A stretch of DNA of 63,293 bases, filler included, from Octopus bimaculoides (lineage: Eukaryota), in NCBI RefSeq assembly GCF_001194135.2. It is 8 parts of 7 records of this genome, joined end to end, with 100 filler letters (N's around TTAATTAATTAA, not from the genome) between each part and the next. Parts side by side here need not be neighbours in the genome. Positions count along the whole stretch, not along the records: positions 32,957 to 38,463 come from NC_068988.1; positions 38,564 to 44,642 come from NC_068983.1; positions 44,743 to 48,866 come from NC_068983.1; positions 48,967 to 55,799 come from NW_026426784.1; 4 more parts are not named here. One strand, given 5' to 3'. Below the pieces are notes generated by a model that made no database searches, had not been told where the DNA came from, and was given only the letters and a program-made list of their open reading frames with translations. The first letter of the stretch is position 1; the number at the start of each line of letters is the position of its first letter. Below are positions 38,001-49,220 of this stretch, piece by piece. The position numbers were made by a program, and so were the translations under genes.

Positions 38001-38564
38001 ATGGCTAAATGGAAACTGTGTGGAAGTCGGCCTGATGATATATATGATATCAAAGGACGAAAGGTAAAGTCGACTTAGCCGGAAATTGAACTCAGAAAGT
38101 AAGGACATACGAAATGTCGCTAAGCATTTTGCCCGGCATGCTAACGATTCTGCCAGCTCGCCGCCTTGTCGCCTTGCCAACAACAACAATAATAATAACA
38201 ATAATTAAGTACCAGTTGCGTTCTAGAGTCGATCTAATTGACTGCCCCCACTCCCCAAAACTTTGTGCCTAGAGTAGAAACGAATAATTATAATAATAAT
38301 ACGTTCTACTATAGGCACAAGGCCTGAAAATTGGGGTAGTGGATTAGTCGATTACAACTGGTGCTTATTTTACCAGCCCCAAAAGACTTTAAAACAAAAC
38401 CAGCCAACGCAGCATTTGAAATGCTGTTTAGCATATTGTTCGGCGTACTAACGATTCTTTTTTNNNNNNNNNNNNNNNNNNNNNNNNNNNNNNNNNNNNN
38501 NNNNNNNTTAATTAATTAANNNNNNNNNNNNNNNNNNNNNNNNNNNNNNNNNNNNNNNNNNNNA

Positions 38565-38797
38565 CATAAAAGACACCATTTCGAGCGTGGCCGTTTTCGT
38601 GCGGGTGACACGTAAAAGCACCCACTACACTCTCTGAGTGGTTGGCGTTAGGAAGGGCATCCAGCTGTAGAAACTCTGCCAAATTAGATTGGAGTCTGGT
38701 GTTGTCATCCGGTTTCACCAGTCCTCAGTCAAATCGTCCAACCCATGCTAGCATGGAAAGCGGACGTTAAACGATGATGATGATGATGATGATGATG
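38565..38797 (+). mobile_element. RTE-tail-sharing short element ending in (GAT)n
   Basis: ...ggcatccagctgtagaaac...cccatgctagcatggaaagcggacgttaaacgatgatg. Other copies at about 11700-11960(-), 12305-12480(-), 13915-14105(+), 18900-19090(-), 44390-44642(+) and 53478-53650(-). Confidence 0.7.
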
Positions 38798-39192
38798 ATA
38801 TATATATAAATATATATTTTACAAGTTCTGTTGTGAATTTTAATAGTTACATCACTGTTTATATAGCCAGTTCCAGGGAAATAACTCTTAAAAGTAAAAT
38901 CGTGGTTGTCTTACATAGGTCATTTCTTTATATCATTTTCAGCCATACATGTGTGTGTGTGTATGTGCGCACGCGCCCGCGACGTGCGTGCGCGCATGCG
39001 TCTGTGTGCGTGCGTTCTGAAACCAGTTGTATATATGCAGCAATGATTGACTGTGTTAAGAAAGATATAATACTGGCTACAGATAAAATAAGCCTAAACT
39101 CAGCTACTGGCCTTCATGAACTCTCAGTAATCGCCCTGAAAACGTGTAAACGAGCCCAAACAAAACGACTAGAATGTCTTTTCCAGAGTTTC

Positions 39193-39500
39193 TGTTGTAG
39201 TGGAAATGGTACACCCCTCCCAGTGAACTAGTAGTATGACACACCCTCTATAAAGTGAGACGACGTGAACCAGTACAGGGGGTCGTGTGTCAGTCGTTGT
39301 ATAAGTTCTCGGAAGGAGTTGTGTTAATTACATATAGTACAGTTCGAGTCACAGTCAAGATAGACAGTTCAAATTCGGTATCTTGCAGAGCTATCAGCAA
39401 TAGCTCGATAGACGAAGTGGTGTATTACCATTCTGGTATAGAAGAGATACACTGTATCCGATACCAAGGAAATATCGTGGCTTCTAGAGCAGATACAACA
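39193..39500 (+). mobile_element. Probable solo LTR (BEL/Pao-like termini)
   Basis: 308 bp bounded by TGTTGTA...TACAACA with TATAAA near 39249. The flanks gtttc/gctac match only 3 of 5, so the TSD is not confirmed. Confidence 0.45.
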
Positions 39501-39606
39501 GCTACATTCACAACAGTGACCACACATTATAATTGTGGAAAACACCACATCATAACAGTTTCCTTGCAAGTGCCAAGCTTATATGGTCACATAATATATA
39601 TATTGT

Positions 39607-39655
<49 letters not shown>

Positions 39656-39796
39656 AAGTTTCACTCAAAAAATCTTTTGATTTATATAATGGTAATATAT
39701 TGGTAAAATTCCTGATTATAAGTGTACATATTAAAAATATTTGGGTTCAAGATATTTTATTTAGAAATATGTATCAAAAAGTTGATCAGTAAATTT

Positions 39797-40090
39797 TCTA
39801 AAATTGGTCAGTACAAATCTAATATTAGTCAGTACAAATCTAATATTGGTCAGTACAAATTTAAAATTGGTCACCACAAACCTAAAATTGGTCTGTACAA
39901 ATCTAAAATTGATCAGCACAAACCTAAAATTGGTCTGTACAAATCTAAAATTGATCAGTACAAATCTAAAATTGGTCTGTACAAATCTAAAATTGATCAG
40001 TACAAATCTAAAATTGGTCTGTACAAATCTAAAATTGATCAGTACAAATCTAAAATTGATCAGTACAAATCTAATATTGGTCAGAACAAA
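39797..40090. repeat. 21-bp minisatellite, 14 full units
   Basis: Unit tctaaaattggtcagtacaaa, with alternating GGTCTG/GATCAG variants in units 5-12. Confidence 0.95.
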
Positions 40091-40189
40091 TATAAAGTTG
40101 GTTGGGAAACCCTATATATCTCATTAGAAAGGCTAAAGCAGTGCAGTTGCTTCAAATTATAGGACTATCTCATTGACCTCACATATCAG

Positions 40190-40960
40190 CAAAGTCATGG
40201 AATGGATAGTCAGAAGAAAATAACCATACTGCTAGAAGAAAATGATTGGCTGACAAGGTTTCCAACCTTAAGAAGCTATCTGACACAACTCCTACAACAC
40301 TATGATTGGGTTTTAAAATAGTTATTCAACAACTCAAACGAGGATGAGGGTATATCTTGATTTTGTGAAAGCATTCAATAAAGTTGATCATAGAGTGATA
40401 TGTCATCAACTGCATGATCTCAACAAAGCCAGAAAGCCAGTGGAGTGGCTGCATGACATTCTAAAAGACAGAAGTTATGAAGTAGTAGCAACAAGGACAT
40501 CTCCAAGGAAATTTCCAAATAACAAGTGGTGTCCTGCAGGGCACTGTCTTGGGACCACTGCTGTTCATAGTGGCTCGCTCAGATATCCCCTCAGCTATTC
40601 AGACATGCATCTTCACTAGCTATGCACATTGTACAAAAGTATTGCAGGTAAAAAAGAACCTTGGAGATGCTACACACTTGTAATATGACTTAAATGCTAT
40701 AATATAAGTGGGCTTCAGAAAATAACATGCAACATAATGCTGAAAAATTCCAAGCTCTCCATTATCTGCACATGAAGTTCAATGCAATGCAGACAGAGTA
40801 CACTAGATCAGGAGGGATTGCAGTCACAGAGTCACAACTAGTAGATGCCCTGAACATTAACTTGAGTAATGATAAGTTTTTTTTATGTACATATTGCTCA
40901 GATTGCACAAAAATATAGACAGCTGGAAAGACTGGCACCAAACTTTGGCATTGAAAGCTA
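40190..40960 (+). mobile_element. CR1/L2-type LINE RT fragment
   Basis: LTQLLQHYDWVLK, VYLDFVKAFNKVDH, GVLQGTVLGPLLFI, NNMQHNAEKFQAL. Confidence 0.8.
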
Positions 40961-40986
40961 TACTGAACATTGAGCATAATCTCATA

Positions 40987-41029
<43 letters not shown>

Positions 41030-41065
41030 CATACATACACAGACAGACAGAGAGGAGGAGGGGAA

Positions 41066-41113
<48 letters not shown>

Positions 41114-41185
41114 GTAGATAGATGTTGATGTGTGTGTGTGTTTTGAGTTGAAATTAATGCATGCATGATTTCATAGCTCTAGCAT

Positions 41186-41218
<33 letters not shown>

Positions 41219-41865
41219 ACACACACACATATATATATATAATTTAATAAAGTATTATTATCATTATTAAAAATAATGATAATCACAATAAAGTGGCCAA
41301 CAAGTTTAACCTATATAGGCAAAATATAAAAATAAATAAAGTAGGGTACTAAAATACCACTTACTAGAAATAGAAGTTAACACTCCAAATCCACAAATTT
41401 TTCATTATTAAGTAACATGTATGGTGAATGTAACAAATATAATAAAAATAGGCCTCATGTTGTATAAACCACAAAGCAAGAACAGAATCCATGGATGTTT
41501 CTTAATAGTGAGAAATTTGTGGATTTGGAGTGTTAACTCCTATTTCTAGCAAGTGGTATTCTGGTATCCTACTTTATCTATATATGTGTGTGTGTGTATA
41601 TCTCTTTTATCTTTTACTTGTTTCAGTCATTAGACTGTGGTCATGCTGGGGCACCACCTATATATATATATATAATCAAATTAAAACATAGGGTAAAAAT
41701 CAGATACACACACACACACACACACATATATACACACAGATACATAAACATATGTATATACATATATATAATTATATATAATTAAGATTTAGTTGAATTA
41801 GGTAAAGTTGAGGCACCAAGTCTGTCCAGTATTGTCTGCACAGCTCAAAGTTAGGTGAATATAAA

Positions 41866-42494
41866 GCAAATAAGTAATAAGGATGTCCAGGTAATGCATT
41901 ACAGCCGTTTCAAGTGGTTCCATTTAAATGATCAATGAAAACATTACATTAATTTGAACAAAATCAGAAGCAGACAACCATACAAATTTCCAATATAAAG
42001 GATAAACCAATTTTTTTTGCACAATTTACATCGGTGCTAGAAATCAAAATTATTACATTGTTTCCGTTTGTGGTAGAATGAATTTAGGGAAAAAAAATGT
42101 ATATCTACGGCCTACTATAATTTAGAGAGTAGCAGACGAAAATAGTCAGGTGTCAAGAAAAAGGAATGGTGTGATAGTTCCTTTTTCTAGACTCCCACTA
42201 TTTCCCTCTGCTATTCTCTAATTTATAGTAGGCTTTAAATATACATTTTTCCCTAAATTCATTCTGCCAAAATATAGCAAAGGGAAACAATGTAATTATG
42301 TTGGTTTCTAGTAGTGCTGTAAATTGTGCTTTAAAAAATGGTTTATCCTTTATATTGGAAATCTATATAGTTGTCTGCTTCTGAGGAGAGTGGTTTTGTT
42401 CAAACTGATTTTATATTTTCATTGATCGATTAAATGGAGCCACTTGAAACAGCTGTAATTCATTAATACCTTGACATCCTTGTTACTTATTTGC
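41866..42494. repeat. About 630-bp imperfect palindrome (fold-back)
   Basis: Arms of about 300 bp meeting at an 11-nt loop (42167-42177). Confidence 0.88.
42377..42461 (+). ncRNA. Type I hammerhead ribozyme motif in the right arm of a palindrome
   Basis: CUGAGGA-gagugguu...agccacuu (8 bp including wobbles)-GAAA-cagcug-UA; stem I is weak. Confidence 0.65.
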
Positions 42495-43655
42495 GTTTTT
42501 TTTTTCATATAATTATATATATACATATATATAACTTTTATAAGTAATATTCTAAAAGAATATATAACTGAACTTATATTGAGTGCTCAATTATTTTGAG
42601 CAAATAAATGTGTATATATGTGTTTTTATATTATTAATAAATTCATAAACTTATCAATAATATACTCAGGAAATCAATATTTAATATTTCGAAAGATATA
42701 TATCCAATATGACATGGTAATATAATAAATTTAAAATTTAAAATATAAATATACGAAATATAAATATAAATATGTATAAAAATATGAATGTAGATAAATA
42801 TACGTGTGAATATAAATGCGTATAAAAATTTATGCGTNNNNNNNNNNNNNNNNNNNNNNNNNNNNNNNNNNNNNNNNNNNNNNNNNNNNNNNNNNNNNNN
42901 NNNNNNNNNNNNNNNNNNNNNNNNNNNNNNNNNNNNNNNNNNNNNNNNNNNNNNNNNNNNNNNNNNNNNNNNNNNNNNNNNNNNNNNNNNNNNNNNNNNN
43001 NNNNNNNNNNNNNNNNNNNNNNNNNNNNNNNNNNNNNNNNNNNNNNNNNNNNNNNNNNNNNNNNNNNNNNNNNNNNNNNNNNNNNNNNNNNNNNNNNNNN
43101 NNNNNNNNNNNNNNNNNNNNNNNNNNNNNNNNNNNNNNNNNNNNNNNNNNNNNNNNNNNNNNNNNNNNNNNNNNNNNNNNNNNNNNNNNNNNNNNNNNNN
43201 NNNNNNNNNNNNNNNNNNNNNNNNNNNNNNNNNNNNNNNNNNNNNNNNNNNNNNNNNNNNNNNNNNNNNNNNNNNNNNNNNNNNNNNNNNNNNNNNNNNN
43301 NNNNNNNNNNNNNNNNNNNNNNNNNNNNNNNNNNNNNNNNNNNNNNNNNNNNNNNNNNNNNNNNNNNNNNNNNNNNNNNNNNNNNNNNNNNNNNNNNNNN
43401 NNNNNNNNNNNNNNNNNNNNNNNNNNNNNNNNNNNNNNNNNNNNNNNNNNNNNNNNNNNNNNNNNNNNNNNNNNNNNNNNNNNNNNNNNNNNNNNNNNNN
43501 NNNNNNNNNNNNNNNNNNNNNNNNNNNNNNNNNNNNNNNNNNNNNNNNNNNNNNNNNNNNNNNNNNNNNNNNNNNNNNNNNNNNNNNNNNNNNNNNNNNN
43601 NNNNNNNNNNNNNNNNNNNNNNNNNNNNNNNNNNNNNNATATATAGATGGATGGC

Positions 43656-43711
<56 letters not shown>

Positions 43712-44054
43712 TAGATAGATAGATAGATACACACACACATACATATTTACATACATATATAGATACATTTATAGGTACATATACATACACATGTACACAC
43801 ACACACACACACACACACACATATCAACATATAAGGGTAAGACCCAAGGATCCAAGTGTAGGAAGTTTGTAAGCTTCAAGCATGACAGGTACAGAAAACA
43901 AAAGTGGACAATGTACGGTCAGCAACAACAACAATTTATTGGCGATAAAAGCTACACACTTTTTCCTATATCGAAGTTACAAAGAAATTCAATAAGCTCA
44001 AAGTTTCTGTATAGCTCATGATTAGCATACAGTTGTTACGAATGTGAATAAAAA

Positions 44055-44373
44055 TCCAAATTGAGGGAGTGAAATGGGTAAAATCCAAGCTACATATGTT
44101 TCTTAGCTAGCTGATCCTCTGATGTAACAATTACACAATAAGGGGTACTCAGCTGAGCTATTCATCAGGCCAAGAACACTTTAATTTCATCAAGGTTACA
44201 TTGTTGCTCGGGAATCTCAAGTGACAATGTAACCTTCATGTAATTAAGGTATTCTCAGCCTGATGAATAGCTTAGCTGAGTACCCCTTGTTCAGTAAATA
44301 TTACATCTGAGGATCAGCAAGCTAAGAGACATATGTAGCCTGGAGTTTACCCGTTCCACTTACTCAATTTGGA
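44055..44373. repeat. About 320-bp imperfect palindrome
   Basis: Arms of about 150 bp with about 21 differences counted by eye; loop about 44205-44223. Confidence 0.9.
44087..44172 (-). ncRNA. Type I hammerhead ribozyme motif in the left arm of a palindrome
   Basis: uggc-CUGAUGA-a-uagcu(c)agcuga...ucagcuagcua-a-GAAA-cauaug-UA-gcuu. Stem III is the palindrome ACAUAUGU; there is an A.A apposition at the base of stem II. Confidence 0.7.
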
Positions 44374-44742
44374 GAGAGAGATATATATATATATATATTC
44401 GGCTTGCGAAGACCTGTTGGGGCAAGCGAATACGAAATTGGGATGGCACCTGTGCCCAGCGTAGCCTTCCTAGCACTTGTGCCGGTAGCACGTGTAAAGA
44501 CATTCAAGCGAGATCGTTGCCGGTGCCGCTGGACTGGCTTCTCTGCAGGTGGCACGTAAAATACACCATTTTGAGCGTGGCCGTTGCCAGTACCGCCTGA
44601 CTGGCCTTCGTGCCGGTGGCACATAAAAGCACCCACTACACTNNNNNNNNNNNNNNNNNNNNNNNNNNNNNNNNNNNNNNNNNNNNTTAATTAATTAANN
44701 NNNNNNNNNNNNNNNNNNNNNNNNNNNNNNNNNNNNNNNNNN

Positions 44743-47700
44743 CAAGAAAGCATTAAAGCAATAAAGCTCGGACGATGAACGATTGCGTGCAAAACAGTTT
44801 CGCCGCATCTCGAGCAGTCGACGGCGTTTCCGTGTCTGTACGAGTTTATCTGGAAGCGGCAGTGTTGATCCTTGACCAGATACTTGGTTCTTGTCGATGA
44901 CTAGAGTTTCCCCAGAAGACGGGGGTCGGTTTTCCCTACTACTTGGCCAGTATAGAACACTGATGTGGAAGCTCCACCGACCGCGTTACTTGTGAGCATT
45001 TGACATCATTCCAGACGCCAAGCAGTTGGTCTTGATCTTTGCCTGACCCACAACCACAGCTGTGGGAGGATGGGCTTAACAAGAGGCAACCACCCCTGCT
45101 CATTGTCTTGGAATGTTCGTAGACGCTGCAGCCTCCCTACATGGCTGCGCATTAGCAACCACGATATACCGAACTCATTGTGTTGAGAGTGTTGGTAGGA
45201 GACGCGGATTGCGCCTGACCAGTAGAATGCCTCCGTTCCACAAATAACGAACAAGTAGCTGCTGCATCCTGGTCAGACGAATACTAGGATAAAGCACGAT
45301 GGTCAGGCGATAATATAAAGCGTTCCGCCATATCCACCCGACATTTTAGGAATAACTTCCTCTCAGCCCATTTCCGGGTGTGTCTGGTCACCCTACTCAT
45401 CACCTTATCCTAGATCCTATCCACCTGGAGATCCGGATCAAATCATCTCAGACCCCCAAGCAACTTAAAAAGACCATTTGTCCAACGACCCACGGCACTG
45501 TCCTTTCCTTTCCAAGTACCGAACTGCAAATCCACTGATTTATCCATATCGAATGTTAATTTTTGCTCGTCGAAGTTTTTAGAAAGGTACCAGTCACTTC
45601 GATTTCGCGGTTTCCGGCTCCATTACGGTGGCATCGTCTGCATTTACCCACACTGCTTTCTCGGGTCCCAGTTCAAACGGGATATCCTTCAGCATCCGTT
45701 TTCTACAGAAGTGGTCGGAAAGCTAGTATATGCAGATGAAATGCTAGAGGACACCCTAGAAGGAACGAGCGCTTGATTTGAAATGGTTAATCTTACCACC
45801 GAAGTGCATTTCAGGGACCCAGCTTCTGAAAACAAAGTTGAAACCAATCACCTTGAAGTCAACTGCCAAGTAACGGTGGACGACCCTATCGAAAACTTAC
45901 GACTGATCCATTTTGGTCAAGGCCTCACCAAAGCCAGGTTTACTACTTACTCCTCTCTATGATGTATCACATGATATGGAAGTTGTCGGGGATTACGGTT
46001 GAGATTATGCACGTCTCCACCTTCTCGGCTACACACTCGACAACAGGAGCTAAACTTCGCTCACGCCCTAACCAAAATCTTGAACCGGAAATTACCAATG
46101 ACATCCATTTTGTTCGCGTCCTTCCCATCTCATTAAACAGGGAATTCTCCCAATTTTGCTGCCACTTGCAGTAGACGTCTTCCCAAAGAGCCAACTGATA
46201 ACTCTGGCATATCATATGCATAATCCTCACAGAGCACACCATTCAAGCCAAGTGGTGCCTCATTCAGTCGCTTACCTCCATCTGTTTCTATTACCGGTCT
46301 TTCGTAGGAGGACTCCGTATCACCCGCCTTTGAGTTGCGGCAGGCCATCAAAGTTTGCACTGAAGTTCTCTACTGTCTTCTCCAACCGCTCTCCATGAAC
46401 GGTTGTGAAAAGTGCCAGTGGATAATCGCTCTCATCTATTTGGACTCGAATAACACTCACTCGTTTCATCCGCCAAAGACTTCTGAGGGCTACTTGTAGA
46501 AATTCCACAAAATCCACGGTCACCCTGACCATTGAGGCAAATGCTCTCTCCCGGGTAACCTCCAGTCTAGAGCAGGTCTGCATTTGAACCATACTCTCCT
46601 CTCTCATCCACCCTTCAACATTTTCTTTCTCAAATGTAACGCGAAAAAGTTGATGAAAGCTTAGCCACAGAGGGCGGTGTCTGTCTTCTTGTCTCGTCCA
46701 TCACACAACCTCTTTGACCAATGCTGTCGAACAAATAAAAACTGTCTACCCTTCCCAGCCAATCTCCTGGGCATAATCAGGGCTGTTCACAATTCTGATC
46801 CTTATCTTTCAATGGCACACAGTCAAGGCCTAAATTCTCCTAATCGAAACTTCCATAACCAATTCCAGTGTTGTGATTCAAGCCGAGTTCTACGTAACCC
46901 GTGGAAGTCGTTTTTACAATTGGCCTTCCTTCTGTATATTCCACAGAGTCGGTGCTTAAATAGCATTTTTGCACTTTCTCTTTTTTTGTCTGCTGTTTAA
47001 CTCAGCCGTCAATTCTTTGCTTGTTATATGCAGAATTGTATAAAAGTCATGATGTGTCGGGCACCACCTTCAACATTCGGTTTTCTTTTCCCTGTGGTCC
47101 ATCTTTCTTTTTAGGGGTCTCTTTTTTTTTTACTGGTTTCCAGCGACTCCAAAACCTTGCCACTCTTGTTTCGTATTCAGCCATTTCTTATTCTTCACAA
47201 TCTACTTCTGTGGTGTTACTGGTCATCATCCGTTTGTGGGACTGAGGATGATGCGATTGCTGATGTTATTGCAAACAGCAGCCGCCAGGAGGTACCCTTA
47301 ATTATTACTATTGCATATGCTGCAATACATCCCCCCTCTCACTCTCTCATCTTTTCTTCTTCCACCTCCTCATAACAGAATACCTTTAATTGGTCCTTAC
47401 AACAACTAGGCTTTCTGTCTTGCACCAACAAGTCTCATCGCTTTCCTTTCAGCGTCCACAACCAAGTACACCTCTTGCATGTGTCAGGTCCTTGATGGAT
47501 TCATTAAGACCCTTCCCGACCGACTACACATCGTTTTTACTTACCACCAGCCTGTACTGTGCCCCAAAGACGACAACAACAATCCAAGGGCCAACGTCAT
47601 TTTGATTATCACTGTTGTATGTCACTGAGACATGTATTGCAGCACAATACAAGATGCACCTCGTCCTTAAAGGTCCTCGTACTACCCTGGCCAATGTGGC
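44743..47700 (-). mobile_element. L1/Tx1-clade LINE, heavily decayed (ORF1 remnant, APE, RT, CCHC finger)
   Basis: Hand translation gives ETCIISTVIPDNFHIM, MDQS*.FDRVVHRYL, VNADDATV, DKSV.LQFGTWKG and YRHGNAVDCSRCGETVLHA. The 5' boundary is uncertain. Confidence 0.72.
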
Positions 47701-47855
47701 TCTTCTTTTCTCAATCTGTCTATATACATACATACGCACGTGCAAACATATATACATATATGTATAAATAAATGTGTGCATCTCTCTCTTTCAATATATA
47801 TATATATATATATCTTTATATACAGACACACACACACACATATATATATATATAC

Positions 47856-47920
<65 letters not shown>

Positions 47921-48414
47921 CGCACACACTCTCTCATATGCCCAACCCCGATGGATAAAAATCGCATGGTTCTACACAAGAGACAGGACTTCCTCCAACT
48001 ACACTTTTATCGCCATATTCAAATAAAATCTCCCCACCACCATATTAAGCAAAGCAGAGATAAGTTACCCTCTTTTCTTGTTCCTGTATGTATTATACAG
48101 GTCAAGACAAAAGTGATCCTCTTGGAAAAAAACAAAACAAAAAAAAAACACCTGATTGTGCCATCCTGACATAAAACCGGGTCAACACTGAAACCGACTC
48201 AGCAACAATTATCCAAAGAATCGTCCATTAAATACAATCTGGTCGATCTGGTTCGGACCACAACGTTTAACTTAAAATACATCTCTCTTTCTCTCCCTCT
48301 ATTACACTTCCCCTTCTCTTTATCTAAATATATATACATATATATGCACGTAGAAACATATATACATATATGTATAAATAAATGTGTACATCTCTCTCTC
48401 TCTCTCTCTCTCTT

Positions 48415-48453
<39 letters not shown>

Positions 48454-48509
48454 CACAGATATATGTGTATGTATGCACATACACACACATACACACCAGT
48501 GTATCCCTC

Positions 48510-48712
48510 CCACACCTTTACCTGCGATCTTAATTAACTGGGGTTAAATTAGATTGGAAATCCGGGGATTGGCGGCACACGGAAAGTCAGTCGAAACCAG
48601 TTGTACATTCTGACGACACATCTCATGGCCGTACATCGGACTGCAATGCTGTCGGTGGATTCCAAAACCGGCTAAACTGGATTCCGTTTACAGACCTGTC
48701 TACGACAATATC
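48510..48712 (+). mobile_element. Possible Gypsy integrase remnant
   Basis: Weak motifs only: NPGIGGTRKV (HPGI-like) and WIPFTDLS. Confidence 0.3.
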
Positions 48713-49220
48713 ATCATCATCATTGTCTCATACACGTCAGCAACAATATTGTAAGCACAACGGTCCCATCCTGTGCGCGTGTGCGCGCGTGTGTGCGCGC
48801 GCGCGCGTGTGCGCGCGCGTGTGTGCGTGCGTGCGTGCGTGCGTGCGTGCGTTAAAGAGTGAGAAANNNNNNNNNNNNNNNNNNNNNNNNNNNNNNNNNN
48901 NNNNNNNNNNTTAATTAATTAANNNNNNNNNNNNNNNNNNNNNNNNNNNNNNNNNNNNNNNNNNNNCCTCGTTTAGTGCAAGTGAGTCATCAAATGCGGA
49001 CACATTTCTCTCCTACAATATCATGATTGTCTCTCACACAGTCTTGCAACATGAAATACTTCAAATCTTTGGTTCTCACGGAGCAGAACATTGGCAATTT
49101 TTTTCTTATTTGCTTCCCCTCTGGCTAAATAAACTTGTCTCCCAGCTTCTGTTCTGGCAGTCTGATACAATTCCCTGCTACCTCCGTTCTTCCAGTCCTT
49201 CCAAGCCTTTTCTTTTGTCT

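Noticed and set aside
38833-39231. 132-aa plus-strand ORF (MIDCVKKDIILATDK...)
   Set aside because: It starts in a microsatellite, runs into a probable solo LTR, and shows no known motif or clear splice sites.
39797-40090. CRISPR-like regularly spaced repeat
   Set aside because: Contiguous tandem units with no unique spacers in a eukaryotic context; it is a minisatellite.
41800-41845. Minus-strand frame reading QYWTDL, tempting as the next LRP exon
   Set aside because: Poor acceptor, no propeller-like context, no donor and an early stop; a chance 4-aa match.
47722-48425. Local duplication of an about 80-bp TA/CA-rich segment (47722-47800 and 48330-48425)
   Set aside because: Low complexity; cannot distinguish duplication from convergent microsatellite structure.
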